This document shows, piece by piece, positions 11,258 through 18,964 of a stretch of 59,789 nt of DNA (positions are counted from its first letter, which is position 1; the number at the start of each line of letters is the position of its first letter). The stretch is from Candidatus Bathyarchaeota archaeon (GTDB lineage Archaea; Thermoproteota; Bathyarchaeia; Bathyarchaeales; Bathycorpusculaceae). The translations under genes were made by a program, and so were the position numbers. Where the stretch lies: the NCBI GenBank assembly GCA_963739305.1, contig CAVTZU010000014.1, positions 1 through 59,789 of the forward strand, written 5' to 3'. Below the pieces are notes generated by a model. It worked only from the letters and a program-made list of their open reading frames with translations, had not been told where the DNA came from and searched no databases.

Positions 11258-11579
11258 TGGTCCCGGAACTATTATCCTGGTTAGGAATTTCTGTCCTCCT
11301 CATACTATATCGCTTTCGTGTATCACCTAAGATAGCTGATAACTTGGTTAGTTCGGTGCAAGATGCCATGAAGTCTGACATACCTAGAATTTCGATTATC
11401 TTCAATGCTCTTTCTCGTCTGTTCTTGATCTGCATTATTTCAGGCCAATGCTTAATGAGAGTGTAAATGTCGCCATATGAACCTAAGAGACCGAGCATTT
11501 TTAGGTCGTCATGTTTTTCTGAGGCTTGGCCTCCGAGGTAGATTTGTTGCTCAACGTTGAAATCTGATCGTGTACTCAT
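11235..11579 (-). CDS. Hypothetical element protein
   Basis: ATGA overlap with upstream gene; overlaps ATPase start. Confidence 0.65.
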   Translation of the reverse strand: MSTRSDFNVEQQIYLGGQASEKHDDLKMLGLLGSYGDIYTLIKHWPEIMQIKNRRERALKIIEILGMSDFMASCTELTKLSAILGDTRKRYSMRRTEIPNQDNSSGTIGNNPET

Positions 11580-12001
11580 TGAGTTTTGCCTCGATTCCAC
11601 CAATGTTTCTTAGCTGCCGGTGTTACTTCTGGTGCCGGTTGAGTGCTTATTGCAGGAAGATTAATGGACACCGGCATAGTTTCTTGACGTTTCGCATTAG
11701 CCATAAGAATTCCTTCCTTTCTGCCTTCACCTTCAATAGCTATACTGTAAACGTCTTCCATGACAGCAACATCTTTCCAGAATCCCATTTCTTCCTGGTA
11801 TTCGTTAGCTATCAAACGCATGGCACTATGTCCGTAAAAATCGTGTTCGGTTAGTCTTGCTTTTTCTCTTTCGTCACGCATATTCAGGAGATAGGTAAAG
11901 ATGTCTTCGTCAGCTGAGAGTCCTAATCGTGCCCGTATGATCTGCCGTATTTCTTCTACCATTTCCTTGAATTGTTCCGGATTCATGTCTTGTTCTGTCA
12001 A
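11576..12001 (-). CDS. Hypothetical element protein (YSIAIEGEGRKE motif)
   Basis: ATGA overlaps at both ends (translational coupling). Confidence 0.7.
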   Translation of the reverse strand: MTEQDMNPEQFKEMVEEIRQIIRARLGLSADEDIFTYLLNMRDEREKARLTEHDFYGHSAMRLIANEYQEEMGFWKDVAVMEDVYSIAIEGEGRKEGILMANAKRQETMPVSINLPAISTQPAPEVTPAAKKHWWNRGKTQ

Positions 12002-12414
12002 ATTCGGAGCCTACCACTAATCAGTAAGTAGTTAATCACTATGCCAGCGATTCCCATGATAATCACAATCCAAAGCACAATGTTCTCTTTGGTTTTACCA
12101 ATGTCTCTATATCTCGCATGGAAGGCCTCTAGGAAATTGATTCTCCTCGCTTGTTGATAGCTCAAAATCGGAGGCACAACATTGTTATCTTTCGTGAAAT
12201 GAATCGCTTCCGTAGCATAAGGCATACATTCAACTGCCCACTTTCCGCCTTTAATCGGGATAAGACAGTCCTGAGTGTATTTGATCGCCCATTCACGGCG
12301 TTTACCTTTAGCCTTGTCAATGATTATTTTCTGATTTCGACCGTCAGGCTTACGCCAATAGACTTTTTCTGGATTTTCTCTTACTCTAACAAGAATTTTT
12401 CCTTTATTGAACAT
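11998..12414 (-). CDS. Basic protein with C-terminal transmembrane helix
   Basis: GGAGG RBS; IVLWIVIIMGIAGIVINYLLI. Confidence 0.7.
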   Translation of the reverse strand: MFNKGKILVRVRENPEKVYWRKPDGRNQKIIIDKAKGKRREWAIKYTQDCLIPIKGGKWAVECMPYATEAIHFTKDNNVVPPILSYQQARRINFLEAFHARYRDIGKTKENIVLWIVIIMGIAGIVINYLLISGRLRI

Positions 12415-12419
12415 TCTAC

Positions 12420-12596
12420 TTATTCCTCCTGCCTATTTCTGTTGAAACACTTGGCATGGTAAAATTCCTTGAATGCATGATAATGTCGAACTACGATCTG
12501 ATCGCCAAGCTTGAAACTTCTGCTACATGAGAAACATTCTGAGGCCGGTATCTCAGACTTATCGAGTAACTTGAAAAAAGTGGTCTTAATGCTCAT
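12420..12596 (-). CDS. Small zinc-finger protein (58 aa, CxxC...HxxC)
   Basis: GAGGGTGA RBS; MSIKTTFF...ECFSC...FYHAKCFNRNRQEE*; below ORF-track cutoff. Confidence 0.7.
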   Translation of the reverse strand: MSIKTTFFKLLDKSEIPASECFSCSRSFKLGDQIVVRHYHAFKEFYHAKCFNRNRQEE

Positions 12597-12625
12597 TTTG
12601 AGAAATCACCCTCAGGACCAAATAG

Positions 12626-12855
12626 GAGGTGTATATGTGTGTAGAGGTGTACTATGGGAGGTGTACTTACTTCTCTACTTCTCTCTTCTCTCTTAAGCTG
12701 CATACGCTCATACACTACTACACACATACACCCTACACACATAGACTCAAGATTCATAATGAAAGGTTCATAGGTTTGAATTCTGGAGGGGGGAAAAATG
12801 AAAGGCCGTCGAGTACACCTGTCTACACATGTACATGTACACCTACACCTCTACG
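12626..12855. repeat. Origin-like repeat region of the element
   Basis: Direct GAGGTGTA x3, several inverted TACACC(T) copies, 17-18-bp inverted repeat, pyrimidine tract, G run, GTACATGTAC palindrome. Confidence 0.55.
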
Positions 12856-13082
12856 CGTCGTATCTTGTCGTTCACTTTATCCACTTCAAAACCTTGATCG
12901 CCGGTAGCTTGCAGGTCCTCCAGGTACTCGATAACTCTAGGCCGAGAAAGACCTTCTTTAACCGCAAATCGTGCGGCAGTCTGAGTCAAAGGGATCTCTT
13001 TGAACTCGTTAAGTAGTCCTTGAGTGAAACGTGCGAGTCTATCATAACGCTCTCGTTTTTTGTCAGCTCCATCGCCCCCCAC
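12843..13082 (-). CDS. Small winged-helix-like DNA-binding protein
   Basis: AARFAVKEGLSRPRVIEYLEDL...FEVD..KIRR helix-turn-helix plus wing pattern. Confidence 0.55.
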   Translation of the reverse strand: MGGDGADKKRERYDRLARFTQGLLNEFKEIPLTQTAARFAVKEGLSRPRVIEYLEDLQATGDQGFEVDKVNDKIRRVEV

Positions 13083-13084
13083 TC

Positions 13085-13204
13085 TTAGGCCCCCCGTTTT
13101 TCGCCTCGCAGGATTGCCCGGCAGTCACTAATCTGAGCTTCAATGTCCAGAAGTTTATCGCGGACCCGTTGTAGCTTGACCTCGGCAGATTCGGCCTCGG
13201 TCAT
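13085..13204 (-). CDS. Small coiled-coil peptide (39 aa)
   Basis: ATG directly after the RHH stop; MTEAESAEVKLQRVRDKLLDIEAQISDCRAILRGEKRGA*. Confidence 0.5.
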   Translation of the reverse strand: MTEAESAEVKLQRVRDKLLDIEAQISDCRAILRGEKRGA

Positions 13205-13363
13205 TTAGAAAGACCGAGCCTCCAGAGCACGTTTAACTATTGAGCGGACCGCATGAGAAAGATTCAGATATTTGCCTTCGTTGACTAAGGCCTGAATTTG
13301 TGCTTTCTCAACCGATGGAATGCGGGCAACAATGTATGAATCGTTGAGTTTTTCGCGTTTCAT
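13205..13363 (-). CDS. Ribbon-helix-helix (CopG/Arc-like) regulator (52 aa)
   Basis: YIVARIP..EKAQIQALVNEGKYLNLSHAVRSIV, typical archaeal RHH pattern; below ORF-track cutoff. Confidence 0.75.
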   Translation of the reverse strand: MKREKLNDSYIVARIPSVEKAQIQALVNEGKYLNLSHAVRSIVKRALEARSF

Positions 13364-13400
13364 ACACGGATGAGATAATAAACCTTAAGTAATACATTCA

Positions 13401-13850
13401 GTGAAACATCAATCCATGAACATAATTTCACCTGATGAAATGCTGAAGAAATATGGAAAGTGGATTAATCGAGATAAATTCATCAATTTAGTCGCTCAGG
13501 AGAGACACGTAGGTAACCGTCAAGCCTGGAATATCATAAAGAAAGAGTCTCACGCAATCAAACACGTCTATACTGATCGGAGCACAGTCTACGGACTAGA
13601 AGAATTTGGGCCTCCAAAACCGAAGATTGAAGGGAATTTCCAGCGTTTCGGCTTCTTTCAATGGTTAAACGCGAGAGCTGAGAGACAGAAGAAAGAGCAA
13701 ATCGAGTATAGAAAAGAGATATTACTAGATAAAATTCACTATGAAGAACTCTTAGCCGAAGAAAACCCTGTAGAATTTGAAATTATGAAGAAATGCGCTG
13801 AAAAAGACAGAGAAATGTTAAAACTCATCGAAAGCGAAGAAAAAAAGTAG
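13401..13850 (+). CDS. Hypothetical protein divergent from RHH gene, possible wHTH N-terminus (repressor or excisionase candidate)
   Basis: Only plus-strand gene of the element; converges on the integrase. Confidence 0.55.
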   Translation: MKHQSMNIISPDEMLKKYGKWINRDKFINLVAQERHVGNRQAWNIIKKESHAIKHVYTDRSTVYGLEEFGPPKPKIEGNFQRFGFFQWLNARAERQKKEQIEYRKEILLDKIHYEELLAEENPVEFEIMKKCAEKDREMLKLIESEEKK

Positions 13851-13852
13851 GA

Positions 13853-14941
13853 TTAGGTTTGCTGTCTTAGTTCTCGGACTGCCTTTTCCAGGTTAACTAG
13901 CATTTCCTCGGTTCGTTCCAATCGTTTCTTCAGATCCTCATTCTCTCTCTTGATGTCTTCCTGAATAATCATGCGTTGTGGCTTGATGTTTAGATAATGA
14001 TTGTAGAGTTTCGGGTACTTCTGTTCAATGCCTTCCTTCAGTCTAAGATAAGTTGCGTCACCGTGAGGAATTGCTTTTCCGACGATGTACTTAGCTTCTG
14101 AATCGCTGAATCCGCCTTTCAAGAGTGAATTGAATGTCCATGCTCGTATTCGATGAAACCTCACTAGGCCAGTCGTGTTTAGGTTGGCTTGATGTGCGAC
14201 ACGTTTGATAAAGGTGTTCAAACCGCTTTTGGATATGCTGAAGGGTGACTGGTCAGGGTAGAGTTTCCAGTATTCTTTCAATGCGTAGATGGCTAATGGA
14301 TTCAACACTGCTAGGCGTGGGACATGTGTTTTGGTTCTGATAGTCTCGAAATAGACGTATTCTTTGCCTTCTGCATCTGCCTTCTTGATGTGCGCTTGAA
14401 TCAGATCTTTGTCCAGTTGAATGAAGTCGTGTTCCTCCCATCCTAGACTGCACGCGGAAGAAATCAGAGCCTTACCTCGCACGTCAGCGACATCGTACAT
14501 CTTTCCCAAGTCGCCGTTAGCAAAATAATGACTGTGCGTGTCATCCTCTCCGTTTATCCTCTTTCCTTTCAGCAGTAGTGGTTTTTCTAGGTACATGCCG
14601 AAACTCTGGACAGCCGTCATAACTCCGCTTATGCCGTTTGCTGAAAGACTCTTGCCAGGAACGACGGTTAGGTTGCTTGCGTCTTTCATGTGTCCGTGTC
14701 GGTGCTTCCTCGTGTAAACATGGCCTTCACCGACGGGTTCACTGTTCTGAAACTGCAATAACAGAGTTTTCATTTCTTTGGTTCCTAACGCCTTCCACTG
14801 TTCAAGGCTAAGATTCTTTTCTTTCCCTAACCATTTGAAGAAGAAGCTGATTCTCCAAATATAGGTTGAACGTGTGCTTTTAGTGCGGCACTCACTTAAC
14901 CAACTTGACACGTCTACGTCGCTCAAGATGTTGGAACTCAT
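13853..14941 (-). CDS. Tyrosine integrase with core-binding domain and divergent active site
   Basis: STRSTY..FFKWL N-domain; SLGWE (Arg I position), RTKT, FHRIR, IVGK, DATYL; C-terminal coiled coil; adjacent to attR. Confidence 0.85.
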   Translation of the reverse strand: MSSNILSDVDVSSWLSECRTKSTRSTYIWRISFFFKWLGKEKNLSLEQWKALGTKEMKTLLLQFQNSEPVGEGHVYTRKHRHGHMKDASNLTVVPGKSLSANGISGVMTAVQSFGMYLEKPLLLKGKRINGEDDTHSHYFANGDLGKMYDVADVRGKALISSACSLGWEEHDFIQLDKDLIQAHIKKADAEGKEYVYFETIRTKTHVPRLAVLNPLAIYALKEYWKLYPDQSPFSISKSGLNTFIKRVAHQANLNTTGLVRFHRIRAWTFNSLLKGGFSDSEAKYIVGKAIPHGDATYLRLKEGIEQKYPKLYNHYLNIKPQRMIIQEDIKRENEDLKKRLERTEEMLVNLEKAVRELRQQT

Positions 14942-14994
14942 TCCAGATCACTACTAGAAGGTAATAGCACTTTAGATTTATAAGCCTTTGTATC

Positions 14995-15024
14995 TTAGTG
15001 CGCTAATTAGGTTACTATGTTCCA
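14995..15024. repeat. attR: arm TTAGTGCGCTA-N5-GTTACTAT plus core GTTCCA (15019-15024)
   Basis: Inverted relative to attL arm with identical spacing. Confidence 0.85.
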
Positions 15025-15591
15025 ATCATAGCCGTCGAAAGAGGTGAAGACTACTTCGTTCTCGACGGCCATCACAGGTCCTTCATCCATGTAAAACTGA
15101 AAAAGAAAACCATCAAAGCAAGAGTCCTGGTATTCCCCAAAAACTCAAGCTACCGCGAAGTCTCAAGAGCCTCATTCGAGGATTTCCCAATAAAAGAGAT
15201 CAGGAAGATTGAGGACCCAATTCTGAAAGTTTGGGGAAGCATACTCAACATTCTCAAACAGTATGAAGCTTTATACCACGTCCACTTTCACATGGAAAAA
15301 AAGAACCTTGTTCTAGAAAAATTACACCCAACGCAACCTCAGATCATGACATCACAGCTCAAAGGGATGAAAAGAATAGTTGCCCCGATCACATGCATTG
15401 AGTGCAACGGAGAGTACTACGTTTTGGATGGTCATGCAAGATGCATCCGAGCCCGACAGCTAGGTTCAGAATCGATACAGGCAATGGTCCTGCAACCGGA
15501 GGTCCACGTGAACTTCGGGATCATCAAGACCGCCAATGAAATGAAGCTCAAAAGCCTCGACGACATTTCGATCTGCAAAGACGCACACTAA
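15019..15591 (+). pseudogene. 3' part of tandem ParB/Srx-domain gene
   Basis: Stop-free from 15019: VPIIAVERGEDYFVLDGHHR...LHPTQ...APITC...YYVLDGHAR. Confidence 0.9.
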
Positions 15592-15685
15592 TTTTCTGGC
15601 CACCTTTCTATCGAGAGCAAACGACACTTAAGTCCCCAAAAACCCTTAAAAACAGTCCAAGGTCTATACTAGATGTCTCGATTGA

Positions 15686-15760
15686 GGGCCGGTAGCTCAG
15701 CTTGGCTGGAGCATTCGGCTGATAACCGAAAGGTCGCCGGTTCGAATCCGGCTCGGCCCA
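15686..15760 (+). tRNA. tRNA-Ile(GAT)
   Basis: Cloverleaf with TTCGG-CT-GAT-AA-CCGAA and GCCGG-TTCGAAT-CCGGC; CCA not encoded. Confidence 0.95.
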
Positions 15761-15788
15761 CTCCCATTTAGGTTCAGGTCGCGCGCGC

Positions 15789-15893
15789 TCAGCAGTGGCC
15801 AGCAGTGTGGATGAGGCAAAGGAGCTTATAGAAGCAGGTTTTGAATACGTCTGCAGTCATAATGCGACAATGTCATTCAGAAAAAGAAAATAA
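15789..15893 (+). pseudogene. Integrase C-terminal remnant
   Basis: SAVASSVDEAKELIEAGFEYVCSHNATMSFRKRK* resembles, from recall, the tail of Bathyarchaeia tRNA-targeting integrases. Confidence 0.65.
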
Positions 15894-15970
15894 ACGCACG
15901 CTAGAAGGAAATCAGTCTTTCTTCTTTTCGGCTGCGCGAGTTGTCGGGGGTACGATCCGGTCTGTGAACG

Positions 15971-16136
15971 CTATCTCTTTTCTCCACTCAAGACATTTCT
16001 TCCAGTCAAAAGCCGATAGACTACTACAATTACGGCAATCACAAGCAGTATATGTATCAGTGCACCTACGCCATACAAGAATCCCACTAACCACAGTATC
16101 ACGAGAATAACAACAATCGTCCAAAATAGTGTCCAT
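15971..16136 (-). CDS. lmo0937/DUF5670-like small membrane protein, apparent frameshift in a T run near 16125
   Basis: WTIVVILVILWLVGF...GALIHILLVIAVIVVVYRLLTGR; ATG at 16136 is one base out of frame. Confidence 0.7.
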
Positions 16137-16309
16137 AGCTCAACTCCGTGAGATAAATCGCCATCCCTAATATATAAAACTTCCCAGAACCATGCTGGTA
16201 CAAAACTGCGCCAAACATTCACGAGCCCGCGCTTCACGGATACTTGAACAACGATTTCCGTAAATAACTCTACAGCAAATGCTTGGTATAGTCCACCCGA
16301 CGTGAGAAC

Positions 16310-16468
16310 ATGAAATTTGCGATAGTTATCGTGGGACTTGGCATGTGGTTAGTCCTTGATGGACTCTACAGCATATTCGAATACCGCAAGCAGACACTTC
16401 AAGAACATCTAATAAGAGTTATACGAGCTGGGGTTGGAGTTACCCTAATCACCTTATACTTCCTTTAA
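16310..16468 (+). CDS. Small two-TM membrane protein (52 aa)
   Basis: MKFAIVIVGLGMWLVLDGLYSI...EHLIRVIRAGVGVTLITLYFL*. Confidence 0.6.
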   Translation: MKFAIVIVGLGMWLVLDGLYSIFEYRKQTLQEHLIRVIRAGVGVTLITLYFL

Positions 16469-16576
16469 GAGGGGTGAGAAACATGAACGACTGTCGACTT
16501 ACCGTATTCTTCGTGAAAATGGGCAAACCAAACGACTTGGTGACAAAGGTGCTTAGAAGGCTCAGAAGGTGAGATA

Positions 16577-16789
16577 GTGGGGTCTAGTGTAGATGACGAA
16601 ATAGATCAGATAGCTCAAAGAATTTTGTTAGAGCTTGAAAGCGCAAGTTCCAAGGATTTATCTGACGCTCATTATGCAAAAATGATGTTGCGGTTATCCG
16701 ACGTTCATTACGCAAAAAAAGTGCTGCAACAGATAGGAAGTGTTAAAGCAAAGCTGGAGCTGAACATGATATCGAGAGAAGAGCAGTGA
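16577..16789 (+). CDS. Hypothetical protein
   Basis: GGTGA RBS; internal LSD(A/V)HYAK repeat; GTGA overlap with next gene. Confidence 0.5.
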   Translation: MGSSVDDEIDQIAQRILLELESASSKDLSDAHYAKMMLRLSDVHYAKKVLQQIGSVKAKLELNMISREEQ

Positions 16790-17067
16790 TCAAGGTTCTG
16801 TTGTATTCTACGTGGTTGCAGAGGCTATATTTCATCATAAGATCCTTCATCATGGGGGAGATAGGTGCGGCAGCTACATTCCTTTTCATATGGTACATTG
16901 GCTCAATAAACGCCGTTGATATGTTTATATTCGGCATATTTGTGTTTGCGTTGACGTTGGTCATAACAAGATTATTTGATACGCAGATAACCAAAGCTAC
17001 AAAAAAGATCGTCGAACTCATGGCTAATCATAGAACCGTTAGGAATTTTATCATGAATCACTTCTAG
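16786..17067 (+). CDS. Small membrane protein
   Basis: Two TM segments. Confidence 0.6.
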   Translation: MIKVLLYSTWLQRLYFIIRSFIMGEIGAAATFLFIWYIGSINAVDMFIFGIFVFALTLVITRLFDTQITKATKKIVELMANHRTVRNFIMNHF

Positions 17068-17079
17068 ATGAAGCGCGCG

Positions 17080-18012
17080 CTAGAGTGCATATGGGTCATG
17101 ACCATTTCTCATTCTCGCAATTGACCTTGAAGAATAGATTCTAAGCAAAATGTAGGCAGTTAAAAATACCACCAAGATTCCTGCCGCCAAGTAGGGAAGA
17201 TTGCCTGCGAATGTGGTATATGAACCCGGGTTGAGATAACTTCCAAGCACAACCCCAAACGCGATCAAGAAATTCGAGAGAAAGAATGATAGCTTCCACA
17301 GCATCGGCGGTGCCCGAGAAGCTTTTTTCGCCTCTATGTGCCTCTTTATTTCACCTACGCCCAAAACTAGAGAAATGCCCAAAACTCCGATAATTAAAGG
17401 AACGATAAAGTTGAAGCTGAGTTGGGGGTGGTAAAAATCGATGAAAGTCCTAACTCCAAACACAGACAGGAGAGCCAAAAAGAGGATGAGAACAGTGGAG
17501 CCAACAAAAATTCCTATGTCCAGGATACCGCCAGAATAGAAGGGACCGTAAATCCTTCGCCATGGTCTTAAAGTATAATCTTTCATATCCTCAGCGGTTT
17601 TTCTAGTGAGCTCGACTGGGTCGTTTTGATACATGTATATCTTAGTTTTGATATCGGGCGCAATTTTTTTACCTTCGTGATCATACCTAGCTTTCTTCAC
17701 GAGCCTTGAAAAAGGATAAAGCCACTCCACCCCGCGATCTTTTGCTGTGTTGATAGCATCAAGAAGAGTATGACAGAAAGCGCCCAGTGCAAGGTAAGGA
17801 TTAATCAGAAAAACGATCCCAATGAAAATGAAGTTGTGGTATAGTGCCCGATGGAGCTGATGGTCACGGAAGTAATCTTTGCTGAAAAAGCCATACTCCC
17901 TATCCATATCGGGGAGGACTGACCCAATGGCAACAAGCAAACTGATGTCCCATCTTCCAAAGAAAAGAGCTCCGATCAACGCACCAAACATTATATGCGT
18001 AGGAAGATTCAT
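17080..18012 (-). CDS. YdjM-like membrane-bound metal-dependent hydrolase
   Basis: THIMFG, LPDMD, HRALYH, HTLLD, GVEWLYPF. Confidence 0.75.
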   Translation of the reverse strand: MNLPTHIMFGALIGALFFGRWDISLLVAIGSVLPDMDREYGFFSKDYFRDHQLHRALYHNFIFIGIVFLINPYLALGAFCHTLLDAINTAKDRGVEWLYPFSRLVKKARYDHEGKKIAPDIKTKIYMYQNDPVELTRKTAEDMKDYTLRPWRRIYGPFYSGGILDIGIFVGSTVLILFLALLSVFGVRTFIDFYHPQLSFNFIVPLIIGVLGISLVLGVGEIKRHIEAKKASRAPPMLWKLSFFLSNFLIAFGVVLGSYLNPGSYTTFAGNLPYLAAGILVVFLTAYILLRIYSSRSIARMRNGHDPYAL

Positions 18013-18281
18013 GTGAATTCACCTACTCACGATCCGTCAAAGAACTTGATTTGAGAAATTATAAGGTTTTGCTGAACCTTAGCCATTCGAATCTAGGCAA
18101 TTATACGCTGCAACTCTTTAATATTATTTTTGTGCGCGCGACGAACCAACACCAGTGGCCCCATCTGCCCCCCAACAACCCCGAATAAACCATGAAACCT
18201 ATAGCGCGGGGCAGATTCTTTCTTTTGAAACTGATTTCAGACAAATCTTTTATATTGGTTGCATTCATCTGAAGGGCAAAG

Positions 18282-18668
18282 GTGATAGCATGGGAAGTAT
18301 TATGGCTGGGAGCTTTCGTCGGCTTTCTCATAACATTTGCTCTGGGCTGGCTGTTTCCAGGACTTGGACACCTTATAGGCGGGTTCATCGGTGGGCTCGT
18401 GGCAGGGCTCATAGCTGGAGGAATAGTAAAAGGAGCCATTGCCGGTTTCCTCGCGGGAGTATTCGGCGGGATCATCATTGCAATACTACTAATAGTAGGT
18501 TTGACGGCCGCAGGCGGAGCAGCGAGCGGGGTGCAAGGCGGAGTTTTTGGGTTCCTGTCAGGAGTAGCCCTTGGAATCGCAGTGATTGTCTTGGCTGCCC
18601 TCGGGGCAATCGCGTCAACAATCGGCGGACTCATAGGCGGACTGCTAACGAGAGGGCGCAAGCGCTAG
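18282..18668 (+). CDS. Gly-rich DUF5518-like membrane protein
   Basis: Four Gly-rich TM helices (IGGFIGGLVAG). Confidence 0.65.
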   Translation: MIAWEVLWLGAFVGFLITFALGWLFPGLGHLIGGFIGGLVAGLIAGGIVKGAIAGFLAGVFGGIIIAILLIVGLTAAGGAASGVQGGVFGFLSGVALGIAVIVLAALGAIASTIGGLIGGLLTRGRKR

Positions 18669-18893
18669 AACACTCCGTGCACGCCAATCCCCAATTTCTT
18701 TTGTTCAGAGGAGCTCGCGCTCTGTCGCTAAACCACATTCTCATTTTGCACGCGCATCGTGTGCCGTCAAATATGTGATATTGAACATTAGATTCATTAG
18801 TGGTATGGTCAGAACAAGCAGGTTAAATTGCACTCTTCTGCCACGTTAAGAATTCACGAAAACGCGTGCAAGGATAGACTCGAACCCATTTGG

Positions 18894-18917
18894 GGTTTAA
18901 GTCCGGCTCGGCCCACT
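18894..18917 (+). repeat. att copy of tRNA-Ile 3' end
   Basis: GGTTTAAGTCCGGCTCGGCCCACT vs 15739-15762 GGTTCGAATCCGGCTCGGCCCACT. Confidence 0.85.
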
Positions 18918-18964
18918 TGAACCCAAAGTCTTATTAGCTTTCGCAAAAGAAAACTGATTCTACG

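Larger units (their letters stand above)
9427..15024. mobile_element. 5,598-bp integrated element (provirus-, satellite- or plasmid-like) with two tyrosine recombinases and a Zot-like ATPase
   Basis: Direct-repeat core, inverted arms, split host gene, integrase next to attR, compact mostly co-directional genes. Confidence 0.9.
15763..18917. mobile_element. Decayed ~3.1-kb island integrated at tRNA-Ile
   Basis: tRNA 3' end repeated at 18894-18917 (21/24 identical, last 16 exact); integrase-tail remnant; cargo of small membrane genes. Confidence 0.75.

Noticed and set aside
12511-13016. Plus-strand ORFs in the repeat region
   Set aside because: Low-complexity translations; minus-strand genes with RBS and non-coding repeats explain the region
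9427-15024. Transposon with TIRs and target-site duplication, or tRNA-targeted provirus
   Set aside because: No DDE, HUH or Cas1 transposase; only tyrosine recombinases; no tRNA fragment at either end
15292-15591. Stand-alone 99-aa ParB-like gene
   Set aside because: The frame is open back to 15019 and joins the 9211 fragment
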